Origin: Muribaculaceae bacterium
GTDB lineage: Bacteria > Bacteroidota > Bacteroidia > Bacteroidales > Muribaculaceae
Reading direction: 5' to 3'
DNA: 64,000 bases
Assembly (NCBI GenBank): GCA_009775355.1
Contig: VSPN01000005.1
Coordinates: 6,563 to 70,562, forward strand
Position 1 is the stretch's first letter. Every line of letters begins with the position of its first letter. Positions 56,489 through 64,000 of this stretch are shown in pieces. The notes under the pieces were generated by a model that saw only the letters and a program-made list of their open reading frames with translations, ran no database searches and had not been told where the DNA came from. The position numbers and the translations under genes are program-made.

Positions 56489-58945
56489 TCAGTTGAACAG
56501 CAAGGCTATGTGGTAGGTGACGAATGCAAGTATCCAGGCGAGTCCAGTGTTGTAGGCAACCGAGAATGCCGTGTATTTCCAGCTCCCGGTCTCGCGTGTG
56601 ACTGCGGCCAGTGTCGCTATGCATGGGAAATAGAGAAGAACGAACACAAGGAACGCAAGTGCCGAGGCTCGATCGAACGGAGCCTTGCCTGTCAGTTTTG
56701 ACGGCGTGCTGAGTCGTTCTGATAGGGCGGCCGCATCGTCATCTCCAACGTAGAGGACACCGAGCGTCGAGACCACCACTTCTTTTGCCGCAGCTCCGGC
56801 TATGAGCGACACGCAGGTCTTCCATCCGAATTCCATCGGAGCCACAACCGGCTCTACGGCTTTGCCGATATGCCCAAGTATCGAGTGTTCCTGCTGGTAT
56901 TCTGTCGTCACCATTTTCTCGATGGCAGCGGCGTCGCTTTCGGCAAGTGTTGAGGCCGGCATGTCGGCGGTCACCTCTGTACGGTACGTCTCGGGCACTT
57001 CTTCAGCCGAATAGTGCGGAAAGTAGGAGAGCGCCCATATGATGATCGACGCCACAAGTATCAGACCTCCCATCTTCTTGAGATACTGTTCGGCTTTTCC
57101 CCACATATTGCGCATGGTTGCCTTGAGAGTGGGCATGCGGTAGGGGGGGAGTTCCATCACAAAGGGTGTCTCGTCGGCCTTGAACCAGAACTTGCGCAGC
57201 ATTTTTGCCGTGAGCACGGCTATTATGACTCCGAGCAGGTAGAGCCCGACAAATACAAGTGCGCCATGATGCGGGAAAAACGCGCCGGCAAGAAGCACAT
57301 AGATCGGTATTCTGGCCGAACAGCTTATGAACGGATTTATGAGTATTGTGATCAGACGGCTCGACTTGCTCTCTATTATTCTTGTCGACATGATGGCCGG
57401 GACGTTGCAGCCGAAGCCCATCACAAGCGGTATGAACGACTTGCCGTGAAGTCCCATCTTGTGCATGAGCCTGTCCATGATGAACGCCACGCGCGCCATA
57501 TACCCCGAATCTTCCATGAACGATATGAAAGCATACAGTATGAGTATGTTCGGCAGGAATACTATCACTCCGCCCACTCCGCCGAGCACTCCGTCGAGCA
57601 GAAGGTCTTTCAGAGGGCCGTCGGCCATGTGCTCGCCGATTGTTTCCGAAATCCATCCTACCAGACTCTCTATCCATTCCATTGGATAGCTCCCGAGCTG
57701 GAAGGTCGCCCAGAACATCGCCCACATCGCTATCAGGAAAATAGGGAATCCGAAGAGCTTGTTTGTGACGAACGCATCGATTATTTTAGTCGATTTCTCC
57801 TCGCGGTCGAGCGATCCCTCCATAGTTTCTCTAAGTGCACCCTGGATGAATCCGTATTTGTCGGCCGAGATCGCAGATGTCACGTCTTCGTTCAGTTTTG
57901 TCTGGATTCTCGCATCCTCTTTGTCGCGCATTCCAATCCACTTCCTGTAGTTGTTGTTGCCGCTCAGCATGGATTCGATCTCCGGATCCCGCTCCATGAA
58001 TTTGATTGCCAGAAAGCGGGGTGAGAAATGCTCCGTTACCGTCGGGTCTTTCTTGAACTCCTGGTTTAGGGATGAGACCGCCTGCTCGATCTCGGGGTTC
58101 ATGTTGACATGTATGTGGCGTGTGTCGGGATTTTTCATCTCGTAGATGTCGATCACTGTGTCAAGCAGTCGGTCGATTCCCCACCCTGTGGGCGCTATTG
58201 TCGGCACGAAAGGCACTCCGAGCATCTTGCCGAGAGATGAATAGTCGAGGCTGGCGTTTCCTTTCTGGAGCTCGTCATACATGTTGAGATCGACAACCAT
58301 CGGAAGGTTCATGTCGATAAGCTCGGTTGTCAGGTAAAGGTTGCGCTCCAGATTCGACGCCACGACAACGTTCACTATCACGTCTGGCGTCTCCTCGCGC
58401 AGATACCGCATCACGTAGAGCTCTTCGGGAGAATAAGCCGACAGCGAATATGTGCCTGGAAGGTCGACTATGTTGAGCCGGTAGCCTTTATATCTCAGTG
58501 TTCCCTCTTTCGCTCCCACGGTCACCCCGGCATAATTGCCCACATGCTCATGTGCGCCAGAGGCTCTGTTGAACAGCGATGTCTTGCCGCAGTTCGGATT
58601 TCCTATCAGTGCGATGTTTATGATTTTGTCGCGGCGCAACCGACCGGTTTTATGCTGATGTGTGTCGGATTCAGACACGTCGTGAGCGTTGTCGGCATGC
58701 GTGGCCGAGGCGTTCCAGTCTTCAAGCAGTTCGACTTCAACGAGATTGGCTTCGGCGCGTCGAAGCGACACTTCATACCCCATCAGTGCATATTTGACGG
58801 GATCCTGAAGCGGAGCGTTGAGTATGACACTGACTTCGCGCCCCCTGACGAATCCCATCTCCATGACCCGCTTGCGGAATGCGCCGTGTCCAAGTATTTT
58901 TGTTATGACGCCGGTCTGTCCCGGCTTAAGATCTGACAGTCGCAT
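56489..58945 (-). CDS. feoB: ferrous iron transporter FeoB with fused N-terminal FeoA domain
   Basis: FeoA-like MRLSDLKPGQTGVITKI...EVSLRRAEA, G-domain IALIGNPNCGKTSLFN and a polytopic C-terminal permease; 818 aa. Confidence 0.9.
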   Translation of the reverse strand: MRLSDLKPGQTGVITKILGHGAFRKRVMEMGFVRGREVSVILNAPLQDPVKYALMGYEVSLRRAEANLVEVELLEDWNASATHADNAHDVSESDTHQHKTGRLRRDKIINIALIGNPNCGKTSLFNRASGAHEHVGNYAGVTVGAKEGTLRYKGYRLNIVDLPGTYSLSAYSPEELYVMRYLREETPDVIVNVVVASNLERNLYLTTELIDMNLPMVVDLNMYDELQKGNASLDYSSLGKMLGVPFVPTIAPTGWGIDRLLDTVIDIYEMKNPDTRHIHVNMNPEIEQAVSSLNQEFKKDPTVTEHFSPRFLAIKFMERDPEIESMLSGNNNYRKWIGMRDKEDARIQTKLNEDVTSAISADKYGFIQGALRETMEGSLDREEKSTKIIDAFVTNKLFGFPIFLIAMWAMFWATFQLGSYPMEWIESLVGWISETIGEHMADGPLKDLLLDGVLGGVGGVIVFLPNILILYAFISFMEDSGYMARVAFIMDRLMHKMGLHGKSFIPLVMGFGCNVPAIMSTRIIESKSSRLITILINPFISCSARIPIYVLLAGAFFPHHGALVFVGLYLLGVIIAVLTAKMLRKFWFKADETPFVMELPPYRMPTLKATMRNMWGKAEQYLKKMGGLILVASIIIWALSYFPHYSAEEVPETYRTEVTADMPASTLAESDAAAIEKMVTTEYQQEHSILGHIGKAVEPVVAPMEFGWKTCVSLIAGAAAKEVVVSTLGVLYVGDDDAAALSERLSTPSKLTGKAPFDRASALAFLVFVLLYFPCIATLAAVTRETGSWKYTAFSVAYNTGLAWILAFVTYHIALLFN

Positions 58946-59047
58946 GAATTCTTAAATATGTTCTAATCCACAAAAATACAACCAATATCCGATGCCTCCA
59001 AAATATATCTCCAAAATACCCTTTTCAGGGTATTGACGACAAAGACA

Positions 59048-59079
59048 AGAGGGCACACAGACCATTCCATGTGCCCTCT
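59048..59079 (-). terminator. putative terminator of the S9 peptidase gene
   Basis: agagggcaca/tgtgccctct 10-bp stem. The minus-strand downstream sequence is T-rich (ttgtctttgtc). Confidence 0.5.
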
Positions 59080-59111
59080 ATCGGGATATCCATACCGTAT
59101 GTGACGGTGTC

Positions 59112-61220
59112 TTATTGAGCGTTCTTCAGGTGCTTGTCGAGGAAGCGGAAGAATGTCCGCTGCCAGAGTATGGCGTTCTGCGGCTTCAGCACCCAGTGGT
59201 TTTCATCGGGGAAGACGAGCATCTCGGCTTCAAGACCGTGCATCTTGGCTGCGTTGAATGCCTGCATGCCCTGAGAGGCGAGGATACGGTAGTCGAGTTC
59301 GCCTACAGTGACAAGCATCGGTGCTGTCCAGTTGTTGACGAAGCGGTGGGGGGAGTTGGCGTAAGTGCGCTGTGCCGTGGCGTTCTCCTTGTCCCAGTAT
59401 GGTCCGCCGAGGTCGAAGTCGGCAAACCACATCTCTTCCGTCTCCAGATACTGAGCCTCCACGTTGAAGATTCCGGCATGGGCTACAAGGGCGGCAAAGC
59501 GGCCGTCGTTGTGGCCTGCGAGCCAATACACCGAGAATCCTCCGTAGCTTGCGCCGATCGCACCCACATGGTCTGCGTCGACATAGGGCTGCGACTTGAT
59601 GTAGTCGGTGGCTGCGAAGTAGTCCTGCATGTTCTGGCCGCCGTAGTCTCCAGAGATCTGACGGTTCCAGGCGGTGCCGAATCCGGGCACGCCGTGGCGG
59701 TTGGGGGCGATGACGATATACCCGTGGGCCGCCATGATCATGAAGTTCCAGCGGTAGCTCCAGAACTGGCTGACTGCCTGCTGCGGACCTCCCTGACAGT
59801 AGAGTATCGCCGGGTATTTTTTGTTCGGGTCGAAATCGGGCGGAAGAATCTCCCAGCAGGTCATCTGGCCGCCGTCGGTGGTCGGAACGATAACCTTGCG
59901 CACGTCTCCGAGCTTAAGCTGGTCAAGAAGCTCCTTGTTGACCGATGTCAGTTGTTTGGCTTCTTTTGAACCCTTGGTCACGACAAATATCTCGTTGGGT
60001 TCGCGCATGGAGTGGCGCATGGCGATTGCTGCGTTGTCGGCCACAGGTGATACGCCCACATAGTCGTACTGACCGTCGGCCACTGTGTCGATGGCACAGG
60101 TGTTGACATCGATGGTGAATATCGGCGATACTCCCTGATAGTAGCCTGTGAACCAGATCGAGCTTCCGTTTTTCGCCCATGCAATCTGTTCGGGCCAGTA
60201 GTCCCAGTTGGCAGTCAGATCGCGGGTCTCGCGGCTCTTCATGTCCATTACCATCAGGCGTTTCTTGTCGCTTTCGTATTTTGCTGTAGGCATCGAGAGC
60301 CAGGCGAGTGTGTTGCCGTCAGGTGAGAACACGGGGTCAGTGTCGTAGCCTGGGAATCCTTCTCCGGTGAGCTGCTCTGTGTTGCCGCTTGCGAGGTCGT
60401 AGAGATAGAGGTTGGAGTCTGTCGAGAAGACGTAGTCCATACCTTTGAGTTTGCGGCTCACATACACGAGTTTCGAGCCGTCGGGAGTCCATGCGAATGA
60501 CTCTGCGCCGCCGAACGGACGCATCGGGCATTCAAACGGCTCGCCGGCCATGATGTCTTTTGCGTTCTTGACTTCGCCGTCGAGATCGGCCACAAAGGGA
60601 TGTGGAATCTTGCTCACCCATTCGTCCCAGTGCTTGTAGCCGAGATCGTCAACGACGCGGCCTGTGGTTTTGGGAAGTCCTTTGAAAAGCTCCTCGTCGT
60701 TTTTGTTGTAGTCATCGATCGCCGATGCGAACACTACATGTTTTCCGTCGGGACTGATCTTGAAGCATTCTATTCCGTTTTTCTCTCCGGATAGACGCTT
60801 CACTCCCGATCCGTCAGCGTTCATGCTGAATATCTGCACCGCGTCTGTCTCCTTGTCGTGGCGGAGAAACGCGATCTTCTTTCCGTCTTCGATCCACTGG
60901 AGATTGGATTCCGATCCGGCGGTAGTGGTGAGTCTCTTCATCTCCTTGCCGTCCGCCTCCATGATGTATATCTCGGAGTTGCCTTTGTTCTCCTCAATAT
61001 CCTCATAGGTGAGGGTGAAGATGATTTTGGTCCCGTCGGGCGATGGTGTCGCCTCCGAAATGCGCCCGAAGGCCTCGAGAACCTCGGGGGTAAGCATGCC
61101 GTTCTCAATCTTGATTTCCGGCTTTTCAATCACTTTGGCATCGCCGCCGCTTTTGTCGGAGCATGCGGTCAGAGCCAGGGGCAATAGCATTGCACACATT
61201 TTTAATCCTGTTTTGTCCAT
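59112..61220 (-). CDS. S9 family serine peptidase (prolyl oligopeptidase/acylaminoacyl-peptidase-like) lipoprotein
   Basis: Lipobox LALTAC, a beta-propeller N-half, nucleophile GAIGASYGG and C-terminal D...H. Confidence 0.85.
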   Translation of the reverse strand: MDKTGLKMCAMLLPLALTACSDKSGGDAKVIEKPEIKIENGMLTPEVLEAFGRISEATPSPDGTKIIFTLTYEDIEENKGNSEIYIMEADGKEMKRLTTTAGSESNLQWIEDGKKIAFLRHDKETDAVQIFSMNADGSGVKRLSGEKNGIECFKISPDGKHVVFASAIDDYNKNDEELFKGLPKTTGRVVDDLGYKHWDEWVSKIPHPFVADLDGEVKNAKDIMAGEPFECPMRPFGGAESFAWTPDGSKLVYVSRKLKGMDYVFSTDSNLYLYDLASGNTEQLTGEGFPGYDTDPVFSPDGNTLAWLSMPTAKYESDKKRLMVMDMKSRETRDLTANWDYWPEQIAWAKNGSSIWFTGYYQGVSPIFTIDVNTCAIDTVADGQYDYVGVSPVADNAAIAMRHSMREPNEIFVVTKGSKEAKQLTSVNKELLDQLKLGDVRKVIVPTTDGGQMTCWEILPPDFDPNKKYPAILYCQGGPQQAVSQFWSYRWNFMIMAAHGYIVIAPNRHGVPGFGTAWNRQISGDYGGQNMQDYFAATDYIKSQPYVDADHVGAIGASYGGFSVYWLAGHNDGRFAALVAHAGIFNVEAQYLETEEMWFADFDLGGPYWDKENATAQRTYANSPHRFVNNWTAPMLVTVGELDYRILASQGMQAFNAAKMHGLEAEMLVFPDENHWVLKPQNAILWQRTFFRFLDKHLKNAQ

Positions 61221-61225
61221 GACGT

Positions 61226-63163
61226 TCAGTGTTTTTTGGTATTACGGTGTTTGTTGTTCATATTGCTGTTTTCTTTAGTGTTTCTGTTTCCGGTCTTGCG
61301 GCCCCCGGTCTTTCTTCCCTGTTCGTGTGCGCCCGCACGTCTGGCCTGGTCGTGACGGTTGCCCGGATAAAGAGCCTGGATCAGGTCGGGTCTGTGCATC
61401 CTGCGCAGTTCGGCCGTGATCGACGCTCTGCTTTCAGGTTTCCACCAGAAGAAGAACTGACGCTGTGCCAGCTTCTCGCGTTCGTTCCTTGCAGTATACA
61501 TCTTCTCGCCGGTGTACGGATGATAGCCCGAGTAGTATATTTCTGTGGCTACGGTCATTGGCGTTGGGGTAAAATCTTGCACTTGTTCGAGCTGGAAGTT
61601 CAGCTCTTTGGTTATGGCCGCGAGTTCGGCCATGTGCTCTTCCCGGCATCCGGGGTGAGACGATATGAAGTAAGGTATGAGTTGCTGGCGCAGACCGGCC
61701 TCGGTGTTTGTCCTGTCGAAGATGCGCTTGAATTTGCGGAACTGTTCGAATTCAGGCTTGCGCATGCACATGAGCACTTCGTCTGACGTGTGCTCGGGTG
61801 CCACTTTCAGTCGTCCGCTTACGTGGCTTGTGATCAGTTCTCTAAGATAGTCCCGGTTTGTCTTGTCGGTGTCGGGCGATCCCGACGGTGCCATGGCGAG
61901 GTCATAGCGGACGCCGCTGCCAATAAAAGATTTCTTGATGCCGGGCAGTGCGTTGACCGCGCGGTAGACGTCGAGAAGCCGCGAATGATCATTGTCGAGG
62001 TTGCGGCATGGTCTGGGGTGAAGGCATGACGGGCGCGAGCACCGACGGCAGATCTCTTTGTCGCGTCCCCCCATGGCATACATGTTTGCCGACGGGCCTC
62101 CGAGGTCCGATATGTATCCCTTGAAGTCATCCATCGCGCTCACCTGTCTTGCTTCGCGGACTATCGATTCTTTCGACCGTGAGGCGATGAATTTTCCCTG
62201 ATGCGCGGAGATTGTGCAGAAAGCGCATCCGCCAAAGCATCCGCGGTGCATGCAGATGGAATGGCGTATCATCTCATAGGCTGGAATGGTCTTTCCTTTG
62301 TATCTCGGATGGGGGAGTCGTGTGTAAGGCAGGTCGAACGACGCGTCAATCTCTCCTGTTGTCATGGGGGGAAGCATCGGGTTGATGCGTATCATCTTCC
62401 CTTTGGCCTCCTGCCATATCGTGGCTCCGTGATATTTGTTCGATTCCTCTTCTACGTGTCTGAAGTTAAGTGACTGGAGCTTTTTGTTTTTCAGACATGC
62501 CTCGTAACTGTGAAGCACAATATCGCCTTCGGAAGGTAGGCCTTCGGTTATAAAGGCAGTTTGTTGCACATCTGTTATCTTTTTGATATCCTCTCCCCGG
62601 TCAAGTCTTGCGGCTATCTCAAGCATGGTGCGTTCCCCCATGCCATAGCAGATCATATCGGCCGGTGCGTCGATAAGTATGGAAGGGCGCAGTCGGTCTT
62701 CCCAATAGTCGTAGTGGGCCACGCGCCGGAGTGATGCCTCGATGCCGCCGGCTATTACGGGGGTGTCCGGATATAGATCCTTCAGTATCCTGGAGTAGAC
62801 AATGGTCGGCATGTCGGGGCGCATTCCATGGCGTCCTCCGGCGGTGTATGCGTCATCGTGACGCAAGCGTCGGTTGGCGGTGTAATGGTTCACCATGGAA
62901 TCCATCGCTCCGGCCGACACGCCGAAGAATAGGCGAGGCTTCCCGAGTTTGCGGAAATCGCGCAGGTCATCGCGCCAGTTGGGCTGGGGGACAATGGCCA
63001 CGCGGTAGCCGGCTTTCTGGAGTGTCCTGCCGATCACGGCCGCACCAAACGACGGATGGTCCACATATGCGTCGCCTGAGAATATGATTATGTCCGGTCT
63101 GTCCCAGCCGAGGGCTTCAGTCTCCTCGCGCGATGTCGGTAGAAAATCACTCTTTGACGGCAT
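61226..63163 (-). CDS. ygiQ: YgiQ family radical SAM protein
   Basis: [13 protein letters not shown] cluster motif, the UPF0313 N-terminal domain and a basic low-complexity tail. Confidence 0.85.
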   Translation of the reverse strand: MPSKSDFLPTSREETEALGWDRPDIIIFSGDAYVDHPSFGAAVIGRTLQKAGYRVAIVPQPNWRDDLRDFRKLGKPRLFFGVSAGAMDSMVNHYTANRRLRHDDAYTAGGRHGMRPDMPTIVYSRILKDLYPDTPVIAGGIEASLRRVAHYDYWEDRLRPSILIDAPADMICYGMGERTMLEIAARLDRGEDIKKITDVQQTAFITEGLPSEGDIVLHSYEACLKNKKLQSLNFRHVEEESNKYHGATIWQEAKGKMIRINPMLPPMTTGEIDASFDLPYTRLPHPRYKGKTIPAYEMIRHSICMHRGCFGGCAFCTISAHQGKFIASRSKESIVREARQVSAMDDFKGYISDLGGPSANMYAMGGRDKEICRRCSRPSCLHPRPCRNLDNDHSRLLDVYRAVNALPGIKKSFIGSGVRYDLAMAPSGSPDTDKTNRDYLRELITSHVSGRLKVAPEHTSDEVLMCMRKPEFEQFRKFKRIFDRTNTEAGLRQQLIPYFISSHPGCREEHMAELAAITKELNFQLEQVQDFTPTPMTVATEIYYSGYHPYTGEKMYTARNEREKLAQRQFFFWWKPESRASITAELRRMHRPDLIQALYPGNRHDQARRAGAHEQGRKTGGRKTGNRNTKENSNMNNKHRNTKKH

Positions 63164-64000
63164 TGCTGTTCTCTTTTTGAAGTGATGCCTGCAGGTCCTG
63201 CAGATTTACAAGTTCATCGCGCAACTGTGCCGCCTCGATGAAGTCGGTGCGGCGTGCGGCCGCTATCATGTCGTGTCGCACGCGCTCGATGCGGCTCTCG
63301 ATCTCAGGCAGACTCATGTATTCGATCACCGGGTCGGCGGCATATGCGGCCTCATGCTCTTCCTCTATATAAGGACGCGGAGCATGCGACGGAGCCTGGG
63401 GGCGTGCCGCGCTCTGCTTTTCTCTGGTGTTCCTGCGTTCGGCCGGCTTGCCTCCCTCGTAGATCTCGATTAGGTCGTTGCCGCTTTTCTTTACAATAGG
63501 CGTCGGCACGATGCCGTGATCTATATTATATGCCATCTGCTTGGCGCGGCGGCGCTCTGTCTCGTCGATGGTGCGTTGCATCGAATCCGTGATCTTGTCG
63601 GCATACATTATTACTTTGCCGTGAATGTTGCGGGCCGCGCGTCCTGCGGTCTGGGTCAGAGAGCGGTGGTTGCGCAGGAAACCTTCTTTGTCGGCATCGA
63701 GTATCGCCACAAGGCTCACCTGCGGAAGGTCGAGACCCTCGCGGAGGAGGTTGACTCCGATCAGTACGTCATATGTGCCCTGACGAAGATCCTCAAGAAT
63801 GCGGATGCGTTCGAGTGTGTCGACATCGCTGTGTATGTAGGCCGAGCGTATGCCCCATTTTATAAGGTGTCGGTTCAGTTCCTCGGCCATGCGTTTTGTC
63901 AGCGTCGTGACAAGTATGCGTTCGTCTGCCTCGATGCGCAGGCGTATCTCCTCCATCAGGTCGTCGATCTGGTTGAGGGTGGGGCGGATCTCGATTTCCG
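63147..64000 (-). CDS. uvrB: excinuclease ABC subunit B, C-terminal part (runs off the window)
   Basis: The frame is open to position 64000 (...[19 protein letters not shown]). It has helicase motifs V-VI ([19 protein letters not shown]) and C-terminal [14 protein letters not shown]. Confidence 0.9.
   Translation of the reverse strand, partial: EIEIRPTLNQIDDLMEEIRLRIEADERILVTTLTKRMAEELNRHLIKWGIRSAYIHSDVDTLERIRILEDLRQGTYDVLIGVNLLREGLDLPQVSLVAILDADKEGFLRNHRSLTQTAGRAARNIHGKVIMYADKITDSMQRTIDETERRRAKQMAYNIDHGIVPTPIVKKSGNDLIEIYEGGKPAERRNTREKQSAARPQAPSHAPRPYIEEEHEAAYAADPVIEYMSLPEIESRIERVRHDMIAAARRTDFIEAAQLRDELVNLQDLQASLQKENSNAVKE

Overview
This 64-kb chromosomal segment looks like a Bacteroidales (Bacteroidota) genome. 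The evidence is repeated TAnnTTTG '-7' promoter boxes, a fused FeoA-FeoB, DUF4296/DUF3332/DUF4290-type lipoproteins and a compact recJ-recQ operon. All family calls come from motif recognition by eye; nothing was searched. I support about 50 protein genes, mostly housekeeping: a PLP aminotransferase with a CoA-transferase, ddl, ileS, lspA, glnS, prmA, recJ-recQ-umuC-like, a MurF-like ligase, catalase, rarA, tsaB, murA, rimM, gyrA, a clpC-like gene, feoAB, an S9 peptidase, ygiQ and uvrB. There is one tRNA-Ala(GGC). I found no rRNA, CRISPR array, integrase or transposase. The one clearly accessory stretch is about 14.4-19.7 kb on the minus strand. It is a more AT-rich island with the full logic of a double-glycine, radical-SAM-modified peptide (RiPP/bacteriocin) locus. 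It carries a 67-aa precursor with a textbook GG leader and a 43-aa core containing three [S/T]-C-x-C-N motifs, an rSAM/SPASM maturase, an intact outer-membrane beta-barrel, and the remains of a C39-peptidase ABC exporter and its HlyD partner. The maturase has an in-frame TGA and a 1-nt frameshift, and the exporter genes are gutted. This copy is therefore probably a fossil, or it depends on trans-acting functions. Secondary oddities include a ~190-bp nested palindromic (MITE-like) element at 47.97-48.16 kb. There is also a ~1-kb AT-rich gene-free spacer ending in a 28-bp perfect palindrome over the promoter of an XRE-type HTH gene. Others are a MurA with Asp at the fosfomycin-target Cys position, a membrane-anchored MurF-like ligase, and a UmuC-like polymerase translationally coupled to recQ with no UmuD. 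Many long antisense 'shadow' ORFs in the track were rejected.
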